DNA of 64,000 nucleotides, from positions 8,474-72,473 of the forward strand of contig CAITUV010000048.1 of the NCBI GenBank assembly GCA_903895725.1, in the 5' to 3' direction. The stretch is from an uncultured Myxococcales bacterium. GTDB lineage: Bacteria > Myxococcota_A > UBA9042 > CAIXZC01. The position numbers and the translations under genes are program-made. The notes below the pieces were generated by a model that saw only the letters and a program-made list of their open reading frames with translations, did not search any database and was not told where the DNA came from. This document shows, in pieces, positions 38,611 to 47,528 of the stretch. Every line of letters begins with the position of its first letter. Within the stretch, counting starts at the first letter, position 1.

Positions 38611-39486
38611 ATGGGACCGACCGCGCAATCTGATACCATTCACCTTGCCATCCCGAAGGGGCGCATGCAGGCGGGGGTTGTGAAACTGCTGGAGGATGCC
38701 GGAATCGAGGTTCGGGGAATCTCCAGCCGAGGGTACCGGCCCAGCATCTCGCTGCCCGGGTTCTCGGTGAAGCTCCTCAAGCCCCAGAATATCGTGGAGA
38801 TGCTGCACATGGGGACCCGCGACGTGGGGTTTGCCGCTGCCGACTGGGTCGCGGAGCTCGAGGCCGACGTGGTTGAGCTCCTGGATACCGGGCTCGATCC
38901 GGTCCGCATCGTGGCAGCGGCGCCTCCGGACCTCGTGAACCAGGGGGTGGAGAAGGGCATTCGCGTGATTGCGTCGGAATACGAGCAGCTCACGCGTACG
39001 TGGATGGCGGGGCGCGGACTGAGTGCCACGCTCGTCCGCTCTTACGGAGCTACCGAGGTCTTTCCGCCCGAGGATGCCGATGCCATCGTCGACAACACCG
39101 CAAGCGGTGATACGCTGCGGGCCAACAACCTGGTGATCTTCGACGAGCTGATGAAGTCGAGCACCCGGCTGTATGCGAGCCGCAAGGCGACGTTGAATCC
39201 CACCAAGAAAGAGGCCCTCGACCGACTGGTCCTGCTGCTCCGGTCCGTGCTCGAGGCCCGTCGGCGGGTCATGGTGGAAGTCAACGTGAGCGAGGAGTGC
39301 CTCGAAGCCGTGATTGCGGTGCTGCCGTGCATGCGGGAGCCGACCATCTCGACCCTTCGGGGGGAGGGCGGATACGCGGTGAAGGCGGCCGTGCCCAGGG
39401 AGTTGCTGGCCACCGTGATTCCGGAGATCCGAGCTCGGGGCGGGACGGATATCGTGGTCAGCACGCTGGCTCAGCTCGTGGCCTGA
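38611..39486 (+). CDS. hisG: ATP phosphoribosyltransferase, long form
   Basis: ATG 38611 after AGGAGG; LAIPKGRM, GATEVFP, ADAIVDNTASGDTLRANNL, C-terminal regulatory domain (PTIS). Confidence 0.95.
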   Translation: MGPTAQSDTIHLAIPKGRMQAGVVKLLEDAGIEVRGISSRGYRPSISLPGFSVKLLKPQNIVEMLHMGTRDVGFAAADWVAELEADVVELLDTGLDPVRIVAAAPPDLVNQGVEKGIRVIASEYEQLTRTWMAGRGLSATLVRSYGATEVFPPEDADAIVDNTASGDTLRANNLVIFDELMKSSTRLYASRKATLNPTKKEALDRLVLLLRSVLEARRRVMVEVNVSEECLEAVIAVLPCMREPTISTLRGEGGYAVKAAVPRELLATVIPEIRARGGTDIVVSTLAQLVA

Positions 39487-39495
39487 GGTGGGGGA

Positions 39496-41220
39496 ATGGT
39501 CGAGCGCTCCAAAGGGTTGAGGCCACGGCTTCCGGGACTGGCCGCCGGTTCGTATCGCCCGCCGTTTCGGGCACCGCACGTGAGCCTCGTGCTGGACGGT
39601 AACGAGGGGCAGGCACCGCCGATCGACCTGGGGCAACTCCTGGCCGGGGCCGGACCCGAGGCCGTGCGACGGTACCCCAACGCTCGGAGGCTCGAGGAGC
39701 TGCTGGCTTTGCGTCACGGGCTTCGCCCCGAGAACGTGCTGGCCACCGCAGGGGCGGACGATGCTCTGGACCGTTGCCTCCGGGCCTACGCCGGTCCGGG
39801 AAACCCCGTGGTTGCCGCCCGGCCGACCTTCGAAATGGTGGTGCGCTACGCCCGGCTTGCTCGTGCCGAGGTACGCGAGGTGCCCTGGACCGATGGCCCG
39901 TTCCCCCGGGAGGGGTTCATCCGGGCGGCCGGCCGCGATGCGGGCGTGCTTGCCGTCGTGACGCCGAACAACCCGACCGGGCTGGTAGCCTCGGCATCGG
40001 ACCTGAGCGCACTGTCGGCGGCGGTTCCTGAGGCCCTGCTTCTCGTGGACCTCGCGTACGGTGATTTTGCGGACGAGGACCTGACGGCTGCGGCATTGGC
40101 CCTACCCAATGCCGTGGTGTTGCGCTCGTTCTCCAAGGCTGGTGGGCTGGCTGGGCTCAGGAGCGGCTATGCTCTTGGCCCGGAGGAGGTCATCGGGGTG
40201 CTGCGGGCAGCGGGCCAGCCCTACGCATTGTCCATGCCGGCCATCCGGGTGACCGAGGCCCTGCTTGGCCTCGGGAATTCGGATCCCACGGGGTACGTTT
40301 CCGCCGCCCGGGCCGAGCGGGTCAGACTGAACGAGGTGACCGCCGAGCTGGGGTTGAGTCCGCTCCCATCCCAGGCCAACTTCGTCTGCTGCATCACGCC
40401 CCGTGCCCGCAGGATACACGCCGGCCTGATGTCTCTGGGGATCTCGGTTCGTCACTTTGCCGGCCGGGAAGGCATGGAGAGCTACCTGCGCATCACCTGT
40501 CCCGGACGTGAGCAGGATATGGATAGACTGGAGGCCGCCCTCCGGACCGTCGTCACTCCGGAGGCTCTGCTGTTCGACATGGACGGCGTGCTGGCCGACG
40601 TATCCGGCAGCTACCACGAGGCGATTGTGGCTGCCGCCGCATCGTTCGGAATCACGGTGGATTCCGCCATGATTCGCGAGGCAAAGCAGCAGCCCGGAGC
40701 GAACAATGATTGGGTCGTGACGCAGCGCCTGCTCGCTGCCCAGGGATGCCAGGTCACTCTCGACGAGGCCAAGGACCGTTTCGAGGCCGCGTACCAGGGG
40801 ACTTTCGATGCCCCGGGGCTGTGGACGCGTGAGACCTTGCTGCCCCGCATGGAACTGCTCGTCGAGCTGTCGAAGCGGATGCCACTGGGAATCGTCACGG
40901 GTCGGCCGCGTTACGACGCAGAACGGTTCCTCGAGCGAACGGGAATCGGGTCGCTCTTTGCGACCGTTGTGTGCATGGAGGATGCTCCGCTGAAGCCAGA
41001 TCCGGCCCCCGTTCGACTGGCCTTGAGCCGGCTGGGAGTGAGTCGGGCCTGGCTCGTCGGGGACACACCGGACGACCTCGTCGCCGCCCGAGGCGCGGGG
41101 GTGCTGCCTCTTGCCGTGCTGCCTCCGGCTGCAAAACCCGGAATCCGGGAGCGACTGGCTGCAGCCGGGGCTGCCGAGGTGATGGAATCGCTTGAACCCT
41201 TGATGGAGATGATCGCATGA
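39496..41220 (+). CDS. hisC: Histidinol-phosphate aminotransferase fused to a C-terminal HAD-family phosphatase
   Basis: PNNPTG, DLAY, RSFSKAGGLAGLRSGY (PLP Lys), SQANF; then LLFDMDGVL, IVTGR, KPDP, GDTPDD (HAD motifs I-IV) from about 40567. Confidence 0.9.
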   Translation: MVERSKGLRPRLPGLAAGSYRPPFRAPHVSLVLDGNEGQAPPIDLGQLLAGAGPEAVRRYPNARRLEELLALRHGLRPENVLATAGADDALDRCLRAYAGPGNPVVAARPTFEMVVRYARLARAEVREVPWTDGPFPREGFIRAAGRDAGVLAVVTPNNPTGLVASASDLSALSAAVPEALLLVDLAYGDFADEDLTAAALALPNAVVLRSFSKAGGLAGLRSGYALGPEEVIGVLRAAGQPYALSMPAIRVTEALLGLGNSDPTGYVSAARAERVRLNEVTAELGLSPLPSQANFVCCITPRARRIHAGLMSLGISVRHFAGREGMESYLRITCPGREQDMDRLEAALRTVVTPEALLFDMDGVLADVSGSYHEAIVAAAASFGITVDSAMIREAKQQPGANNDWVVTQRLLAAQGCQVTLDEAKDRFEAAYQGTFDAPGLWTRETLLPRMELLVELSKRMPLGIVTGRPRYDAERFLERTGIGSLFATVVCMEDAPLKPDPAPVRLALSRLGVSRAWLVGDTPDDLVAARGAGVLPLAVLPPAAKPGIRERLAAAGAAEVMESLEPLMEMIA

Positions 41221-41804
41221 GCCGACCGCCTGTCACGCTGCGACGAAGGACACTGGAGACGGATGTGCAGGTCACCCTGGGCCTGGACGGAACGGGCCGG
41301 GCCGAAGTTTCGAGCGGCCTGGGTTTCCTGGATCACCTGCTCACGTCTCTGGCACGCCACGCACATTTCGACCTGTCGCTGACCTGCGCCGGGGATTTGA
41401 AGGTGGATGATCACCACTCGGTGGAGGATTGCGGCCTGGCATTGGGGCAGGCTCTGGACCAGGCGCTCGGCGAGCGGAAGGGAATTGTGCGCTTCGGACA
41501 CGCCTACGCCCCCCTGGACGAGGCCTTGTGCCGGGCCGTCGTGGACCTTTCGGGGCGATCGTACGCTGCCATTGACCTGAGCCTGCAACGCCCGAGCATC
41601 GGGGATGTGGCCGCCGAGAACGTGGGGCATTTCTTCCACTCCCTGGCCATGGCATCCCGAAGCTGCTTCCACCTGTCCGTGATTGCCGGGACGAACGACC
41701 ACCACCGCGCCGAGGCAGCCGCCAAGGCGCTTGCTCTGGCCCTTCGGCAGGCCGTCGGACTGGACGGGGGTACTGAGACACCGAGCACCAAGGGAGTGCT
41801 CTGA
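41217..41804 (+). CDS. hisB: Imidazoleglycerol-phosphate dehydratase (monofunctional)
   Basis: RRTLET, GFLDHLL, DDHHSVED, PLDEAL, NDHHRAEA, PSTKGVL. Confidence 0.96.
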   Translation: MSRPPVTLRRRTLETDVQVTLGLDGTGRAEVSSGLGFLDHLLTSLARHAHFDLSLTCAGDLKVDDHHSVEDCGLALGQALDQALGERKGIVRFGHAYAPLDEALCRAVVDLSGRSYAAIDLSLQRPSIGDVAAENVGHFFHSLAMASRSCFHLSVIAGTNDHHRAEAAAKALALALRQAVGLDGGTETPSTKGVL

Positions 41805-42418
41805 TGGGGCTCAGGACCGTGGTGGTCGCGACGGGGACGGCCAACCTTGCGTCGGTGTTGGCCGGATTGCGGCGTGCGGGGGCAGACCCGGTGCTGGCCT
41901 CCGCTCCCTCCGAGGTCAGGGACGCTGCCGCCGTCGTGCTTCCTGGAGTAGGGGCATTGGCCGCCGCCATGCGGACGCTCGAAGCCGACGGGATGGTCGA
42001 GCCTCTACGCGAAAGGCTGCGAGCCGGGGGGCCCACGTTGTGCGTCTGTCTGGGGCTGCAGCTTCTCGCTGACGGATCCGAGGAGAGTCCCGGCGTTGCT
42101 GCACTGCGTGTCGTACGAGGGATGGCCCTGCGGTATCCCGAAACAGTTCGGGTCCCCCAGATGGGGTGGAACCGCGTCGAGCCGGATGGCGGTTGCAGCC
42201 TGCTCGCACCGGGGTGGGCATACTTTGCCAATTCCTTTCGGCTGGTCGAGGCCCCGGACGGCTGGTCCGTGGCCTGGAGCGATCACGCAGGCCCGTTCGT
42301 GGCGGCCATGGAGCGAGGTCCGGTGCTTGCCTGCCAGTTCCACCCGGAGCTTTCTGGCGAGCTGGGCAAGGCCTTGCTGAGCAGGTGGGTCGACAGGGCG
42401 GCCCGGGGAGGTGCATGA
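41804..42418 (+). CDS. hisH: Imidazole glycerol phosphate synthase, glutaminase subunit
   Basis: [30 protein letters not shown]. Confidence 0.95.
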   Translation: MGLRTVVVATGTANLASVLAGLRRAGADPVLASAPSEVRDAAAVVLPGVGALAAAMRTLEADGMVEPLRERLRAGGPTLCVCLGLQLLADGSEESPGVAALRVVRGMALRYPETVRVPQMGWNRVEPDGGCSLLAPGWAYFANSFRLVEAPDGWSVAWSDHAGPFVAAMERGPVLACQFHPELSGELGKALLSRWVDRAARGGA

Positions 42419-43176
42419 TGCTTGCCGCTCGAATCATCCCGTGCCTGGACGTACGTGATGGACGGGTGGTCAAAGGGATCCGGTTCCAGGGTCTGCGGGA
42501 TGCCGGCGATCCGGTCGCCCTGGCTGCCGAGTACGAAGCGCAGGGAGCCGACGAGCTCATCCTGCTGGATGTCTCGGCGACACCCGAAGGCCGGGGGGCC
42601 GCTCTGGACACCGTGGCTCGCGTCCGGAGCCAGCTTTCCATCCCCCTTTGCGTGGGAGGCGGAGTCCGGCAGGTCAGCGATGCCAGAGACCTGCTGTCGG
42701 CCGGTGCGGACAAGGTCGGTACGAACACAGCGGCCGTCGAGCGGCCGGAGCTCCTTTCCGAGCTGGCGGAGCGGTTTGGGCGTCAATGCACGATCCTCGC
42801 CATCGATGCTGCAAGGCGTGCGGAAGGGGACGGCTGGGAGATCGTCGTGCTGTCGGGGCGGCGGCGCACCGGGATCGACGCTGTCGAGTGGGCCCGCAAG
42901 GCGGTGTCCCTCGGGGCCGGCGAGATTCTGCTGACGGGGTGGGACAGGGACGGAACGAGGCTCGGCTACGACCTGGAGCTCGTGCGCGCAGTGAGCCAGG
43001 CCGTGCCGGTCCCCGTCATTGCGTCGGGGGGGGCAAGCACTCCCGAGCACCTGCTCGAAGGGCTGAGGGCGGGAGCCTCCGCCGTCCTGGCCGCTTCCAT
43101 CTTCCACTACGGGGAAACGACGGTGGCCTCGCTCAAGGATTTCCTGGCTGCCCGAAACATCGAGGTTCGGCGATGA
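42415..43176 (+). CDS. hisF: Imidazole glycerol phosphate synthase, cyclase subunit
   Basis: ATGA overlap; [37 protein letters not shown]. Confidence 0.97.
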   Translation: MMLAARIIPCLDVRDGRVVKGIRFQGLRDAGDPVALAAEYEAQGADELILLDVSATPEGRGAALDTVARVRSQLSIPLCVGGGVRQVSDARDLLSAGADKVGTNTAAVERPELLSELAERFGRQCTILAIDAARRAEGDGWEIVVLSGRRRTGIDAVEWARKAVSLGAGEILLTGWDRDGTRLGYDLELVRAVSQAVPVPVIASGGASTPEHLLEGLRAGASAVLAASIFHYGETTVASLKDFLAARNIEVRR

Positions 43177-44447
43177 TCGTTCCATCCATCGACCTGGCCG
43201 GCGGAAGGACCGTGCAGCTCGTCGGCGGTCGTGATTTTGCACTCGAGGCCGGGGACCCTCGCCCCATTGCCGAACGGTTTGGCGTGGTGGGGGAAGTTGC
43301 AGTCATCGATCTCGATGCGGCCCTGGGGAAGGGAAGCAACGCCGGGCTCATCGAGGACGTGTGTCGCATCGCACGATGCCGCGTCGGAGGGGGAATCCGG
43401 AGCTTGGAGGTCGCCCGCAAATGGCTGGACAGCGGGGCCGAGAAGATCATCCTCGGCACGGCCGCAACTCCCGAGCTGCTGCGGGAGCTGCCACGGGAGC
43501 GCCTGATTGCGGCCCTCGATGCCCGAGACGGAGAGGTCGTGGTCGAGGGCTGGACCCGGGGAACCGGGGCCCGCATCCTGGAACGGATCGAAGCGCTGGC
43601 TCCCTATGTGAGCGGCTTCCTGGTCACGTTCGTCGAGCTGGAGGGGCGGCTGGGCGGGACGGCCATGGACCGGGTGCAGGCCATCGTGCGGGCCGCCGGG
43701 AAGGCCCGTGTCACGATCGCCGGAGGAATCACGACGGCCGAGGAAGTTGCCGAGCTCGACCGACTCGGTGCGGATGCCCAGGTCGGAATGGCCCTGTACA
43801 CCGGTCGCCTGACATTGGCCGACGCGTTCATGGCACCACTGACTTCGGACAGGCCCGACGGGCTCTTTGCTACGGTCGTGTGCGATCCGCGGGGCGGGGC
43901 TCTGGGGCTAGCATGGTCGAGTCGGGAGAGCCTGGCCAACGCGATCGAGACCCGCCGGGGAGTGTACCATTCCCGGCGGCGGGGGGTGTGGGTGAAAGGG
44001 GAGTCCTCGGGGGCCGTGCAGCGTCTGTTGGAAATCGCCCCCGACTGCGACCGGGATGCCTTGCGGTTCACGGTGGTCCAGGCACCTCCAGGCTTCTGCC
44101 ACGAGGAGCGGTGGTCCTGCTTCGGGCCCGAACGGGGCCTCGACCGGCTCGCGGCCACGCTGCGTGAGCGCCTGTCGTCGGCTCCGGCCGGGTCCTATTC
44201 GGCTCGGTTGTTCTCGGACCCGCAGCTCCTCAAGGCGAAGCTGATCGAGGAAGCGGGGGAGCTTGCCGAAGCCTCCGACCCGGCCCACGTCGGGGAAGAG
44301 GCGGCCGACCTCCTGTTCTTCGCTCTGGCAGCCATGTCGCGGGCAGGGATTGGGGTTGCAGACGTGGAGAAGATCCTCGATCGCCGGGCCCTGAAGGTCA
44401 GCCGACGGCGAGGGGATGCCAAGCCTCGGCCTGACGACGCTGGCTGA
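43173..44447 (+). CDS. hisA: Fusion HisA-HisI-HisE (ProFAR isomerase / PR-AMP cyclohydrolase / PR-ATP pyrophosphatase), about 424 aa
   Basis: ATGA overlap; [28 protein letters not shown] (HisA); [23 protein letters not shown] (HisI); [23 protein letters not shown] (HisE). Confidence 0.92.
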   Translation: MIVPSIDLAGGRTVQLVGGRDFALEAGDPRPIAERFGVVGEVAVIDLDAALGKGSNAGLIEDVCRIARCRVGGGIRSLEVARKWLDSGAEKIILGTAATPELLRELPRERLIAALDARDGEVVVEGWTRGTGARILERIEALAPYVSGFLVTFVELEGRLGGTAMDRVQAIVRAAGKARVTIAGGITTAEEVAELDRLGADAQVGMALYTGRLTLADAFMAPLTSDRPDGLFATVVCDPRGGALGLAWSSRESLANAIETRRGVYHSRRRGVWVKGESSGAVQRLLEIAPDCDRDALRFTVVQAPPGFCHEERWSCFGPERGLDRLAATLRERLSSAPAGSYSARLFSDPQLLKAKLIEEAGELAEASDPAHVGEEAADLLFFALAAMSRAGIGVADVEKILDRRALKVSRRRGDAKPRPDDAG

Positions 44448-44466
44448 GCTCAGGGACGCGTGATGG

Positions 44467-44496
44467 GGGCCGGACGAGAGCGTTCCGGTCCGGCCC
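44467..44496. other. Intergenic stem-loop between hisAIE and hisD
   Basis: gggccggac...gtccggccc 9-bp stem; only a short T run follows. Confidence 0.4.
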
Positions 44497-44527
44497 GGCT
44501 TTGAAGTAGTCATCGGGAGGCAGGTAC

Positions 44528-45799
44528 ATGAGCGGCTCGGTGCTGCGCAGGGTAGGGGCTGGCGAGGTCGAAGCGCTTCGAAGAAATGCCGTGGATCCGC
44601 GGGCGCTTGCCATTGCCTCCGAGATCGTGTTGAGGGTGGAGCGTGGTGGGTTCGAAGCCGCCGTTCTCGAGGCTCGCCGCCTTGGGGACCTCCCGGACGG
44701 TGCTCCGCCGATCCTCGATGCCGCCGCCTGCAGGGCCGCACTGCTGGCGCTGCCAGGGGAGCAGCGCTCTCTCCTGGAACGAACCGCCTCTAGGATCCGG
44801 GAGTTTGCGTCAGCGCAGCGCAGAGCGTTGATTTCCATGTCCGTGAGCGTGCCGGGCGGTACCGCCGGACACGAGGCCGTTCCGGTCGAGACCGCAGGCT
44901 GCTACGCACCGGGGGGGCGGTTTCCGCTGCCTTCGTCGGTGCTGATGACCGCAGTGACCGCACGGGTCGCCGGGGTGGAGAAGGTGTGGGTGGCTTCCCC
45001 GAAGCCGACTGCCGTCACGATGGCCGCGTGCGCCGTGGCGCAGGCCGACGGGCTCGTGACGTTCGGAGGGGCTCAGGCCGTCGCCCTGCTGGCTCTCGGC
45101 GGCGGCCCCGTGCCCCGCTGCGACGTGATCGTGGGTCCGGGAAACGCGTACGTGACCGCCGCCAAGTACCTGGTTTCCGCCTATGCGGGAATCGACATGC
45201 TGGCAGGACCTTCGGAGCTGGTCGTGGTGGCCGACGGGAGTGCCCGGCCTGACGTGATCGCGATGGATCTGTTGGCCCAGGCCGAGCACGATCCGGATGC
45301 CCTGCCGGTGCTGGTTGTGTTCGATGAGCGGGTTGCCATGGAAGTCGAGCGGGCATTGGCCGAGGCCCTTGCGGAGCTCGACACTCGGGAGACTGCATCG
45401 GCCTCCATCGCCAGGGGGTTCTGGGTGCTGGCCGACTCGATGGAGCAGGCTGCCTCCGTCTGCAATGCTCTGGCACCGGAGCATCTGCAGCTCTCCATGG
45501 CGGATCCGGCGGGCCTCCGATCCCTGTTGCGTCACTACGGGGCGCTCTTCCTGGGGGACGGTGCCTGCGAAGTCCTGGGGGACTACGGCATCGGGCCCAA
45601 TCATGTGCTGCCGACAGGCGGCGCCGCCCGACGCTCCGGAGGGCTGTCGGTGTTCAGCTTTCTGAGGCTGCGAACCTGGTTGCGGGTGGAAGATTCTCTT
45701 GCCGCGGACCCGGTGCTGGCGGACGCAGAGGCATTGGCGAAGCTGGAGGGGCTGTCGGCGCACTCGTTGGCGGCTTGGCTCAGGCGGCTCCCGAGCTGA
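44528..45799 (+). CDS. hisD: Histidinol dehydrogenase
   Basis: YAPGG, SSVLM, GGAQA, GPGNAYV, IDMLAGPSE, AQAEHD, APEHL, GDYGIGPNHVLPT. Confidence 0.96.
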   Translation: MSGSVLRRVGAGEVEALRRNAVDPRALAIASEIVLRVERGGFEAAVLEARRLGDLPDGAPPILDAAACRAALLALPGEQRSLLERTASRIREFASAQRRALISMSVSVPGGTAGHEAVPVETAGCYAPGGRFPLPSSVLMTAVTARVAGVEKVWVASPKPTAVTMAACAVAQADGLVTFGGAQAVALLALGGGPVPRCDVIVGPGNAYVTAAKYLVSAYAGIDMLAGPSELVVVADGSARPDVIAMDLLAQAEHDPDALPVLVVFDERVAMEVERALAEALAELDTRETASASIARGFWVLADSMEQAASVCNALAPEHLQLSMADPAGLRSLLRHYGALFLGDGACEVLGDYGIGPNHVLPTGGAARRSGGLSVFSFLRLRTWLRVEDSLAADPVLADAEALAKLEGLSAHSLAAWLRRLPS

Positions 45800-45835
45800 A
45801 GGTGCGCAAGCCGACCGCCGGAAGGGGCCCCGGCC

Positions 45836-47428
45836 TCAGTGACTGAAGTGCCTGGTGCCAATGAAGACCATGCGAATGTCCAGCTCGTCACAGCGGCGGA
45901 TCACTGCCTTGTCCCGGATGGACCCCCCGGGCTGGAACACGTTGCGAACCCCGGCCATGGCACATTGCTCGATGCTGTCCGCGAACGGGAAGAACCCGTC
46001 GGATACGAGGTAGGATTCCGAGAGTCGGGCAGACACGTAGGCCTCATCCCCTTCTCGTCGGAGGTTTTCGGCGGCCTTGCCCAGCGCCAGCTTCGTGGAA
46101 TCCACCCGGTTGGGCTGACCGCACCCCATTCCCAGGAGCTGGCACACTCCGTCAGGTCGTCGGCGGACCAGGGCGATGGCGTTGGAGCGGAGCTGACGGG
46201 CCGCGATGACGCCGAAGGCCAGCAGCTCCTCGTCCAGGGAATCGAGCCGGGCTCGAGTCACCAGCTCCAAGCGTTCCCAGAGCACCGAGTCCGTCTGCTG
46301 GGCGAGCAGCGCTCCATGGAGATGCCTTCGCACGGTGGGCGCCCGCAGGGAGGCACAGTCGAACCGCACGATCCTCAAGGATTCGAGCCCTCTGAGCCAG
46401 GCAGCGGCATCCGGAGTGAAATCGGGTGCGCAGACCACTTCGACGAGCCGCCGCTGCGACTTGTCCGGCGAGTCGAGACGGAAAGCCGCAACGCACTCCC
46501 GGTCCACCGGACGGTTCCATGCCACGATTCCCCCGAACGCCGAGAGCGGGTCACCGTCCCAGGCAGCGGCGAGAAGAGACGAGGCGCTTCGTCCCATGGC
46601 CAGGCCGCACGGGTTCTGGTGCTTGACCACGGCACATCCGGGGGCCGGAAGATCCTTGACCGCGTCAAGCGCTGCCTGGAGATCGGTCATGTTGTTGTAG
46701 GACAGAGGTTTGCCTCCGAGAAGCTCGATGTCGGCCACCGAGGTGGCCGCGTTCCGCTCCCGGAAGAGCCATGCCTCCTGGTGCGCATTCTCGCCGTACC
46801 GAAGCGTGCTCCCCCGCTCGAAGGACAGACGGAGGGAACGCACGCCATGACGCGCGTCAAATGCTGAGGCAATGCTCGCGTCATAGTCGGCTACTCGGTG
46901 GAAGGCTTCGAGCATGAGCCGGTCCCGCGTGCGGCGAGACAGGGCACCTCCGGACGAGTCCAGCTCCGAGGCCAACGGCGCATACTGGGCGGGGGACGTG
47001 GCAACCGCAACGAACTCGTGGTTCTTGGCCGCGGCCCGCACCATCATCGGGCCCCCGATGTCGACCTGCTCGACCAGCGCAGCCAGATCGTCTCCCCGTG
47101 CCGCCGCCGCCTCGAACGGGTAGAAGTTGCAGACCACGAGGTCGATGGGCAGAACGCCGAGCGCCGTTGCCTCCTCCGCGTCCCGCTCCCGGTGGAAGAG
47201 GAGGGATGCGGCCAGGGCAAATGAGAGGCTCTTCATTCGGCCCCCGAAGGCCTCTGAGTGGCCCGTGAGCGCACCGATGTCCGCCACCGGGTACCCGGCA
47301 CTGCGTAGATGGCGGGCCGTCCCTCCGGTCGAGAAGAGCTCGCACCCATGGCGCACCAGCACCTCCGCCAGCTCGAGGAGGCCCGACTTGTCCCAGACAC
47401 TGATCAAGGCTCGACGGATCTTCATCAT
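45836..47428 (-). CDS. purH: Bifunctional AICAR transformylase / IMP cyclohydrolase
   Basis: RALISVWDK, STGGT, DIGGP..RAAAKN, LRYGEN, LSYNN, KHQNPCG, GQPNRVDS, SDGFFPF, QPGGSIRD, RHFSH. Confidence 0.95.
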   Translation of the reverse strand: MMKIRRALISVWDKSGLLELAEVLVRHGCELFSTGGTARHLRSAGYPVADIGALTGHSEAFGGRMKSLSFALAASLLFHRERDAEEATALGVLPIDLVVCNFYPFEAAAARGDDLAALVEQVDIGGPMMVRAAAKNHEFVAVATSPAQYAPLASELDSSGGALSRRTRDRLMLEAFHRVADYDASIASAFDARHGVRSLRLSFERGSTLRYGENAHQEAWLFRERNAATSVADIELLGGKPLSYNNMTDLQAALDAVKDLPAPGCAVVKHQNPCGLAMGRSASSLLAAAWDGDPLSAFGGIVAWNRPVDRECVAAFRLDSPDKSQRRLVEVVCAPDFTPDAAAWLRGLESLRIVRFDCASLRAPTVRRHLHGALLAQQTDSVLWERLELVTRARLDSLDEELLAFGVIAARQLRSNAIALVRRRPDGVCQLLGMGCGQPNRVDSTKLALGKAAENLRREGDEAYVSARLSESYLVSDGFFPFADSIEQCAMAGVRNVFQPGGSIRDKAVIRRCDELDIRMVFIGTRHFSH

Positions 47429-47434
47429 GGTCGC

Positions 47435-47463
47435 AGATTAACTCCAGGAGCAGGAAACTTCAA
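47435..47463 (-). promoter_or_regulatory. Putative sigma70 promoter of purH, possibly giving a leaderless mRNA
   Basis: Minus strand TTGAAG-N17-TAATCT followed by only 6 nt before ATG 47428. Confidence 0.55.
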
Positions 47464-47489
47464 GGTCACACGGGGGCGAGACGTGGTCC

Positions 47490-47508
47490 GCCACGGGGAG
47501 GCCGTGGC
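47490..47508 (-). terminator. Hairpin downstream of the 47529-48890 gene
   Basis: gccacgg-ggagg-ccgtggc 7-bp stem; no clear U-tract. Confidence 0.3.
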
Positions 47509-47528
47509 CCGAAACGAGCAGCAGGCGA

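Noticed and set aside
44447-44528. Read-through or frameshift joining hisAIE to hisD
   Set aside because: The 80-nt gap is out of frame, hisD has its own GGAGG SD, and no slippery site is evident.
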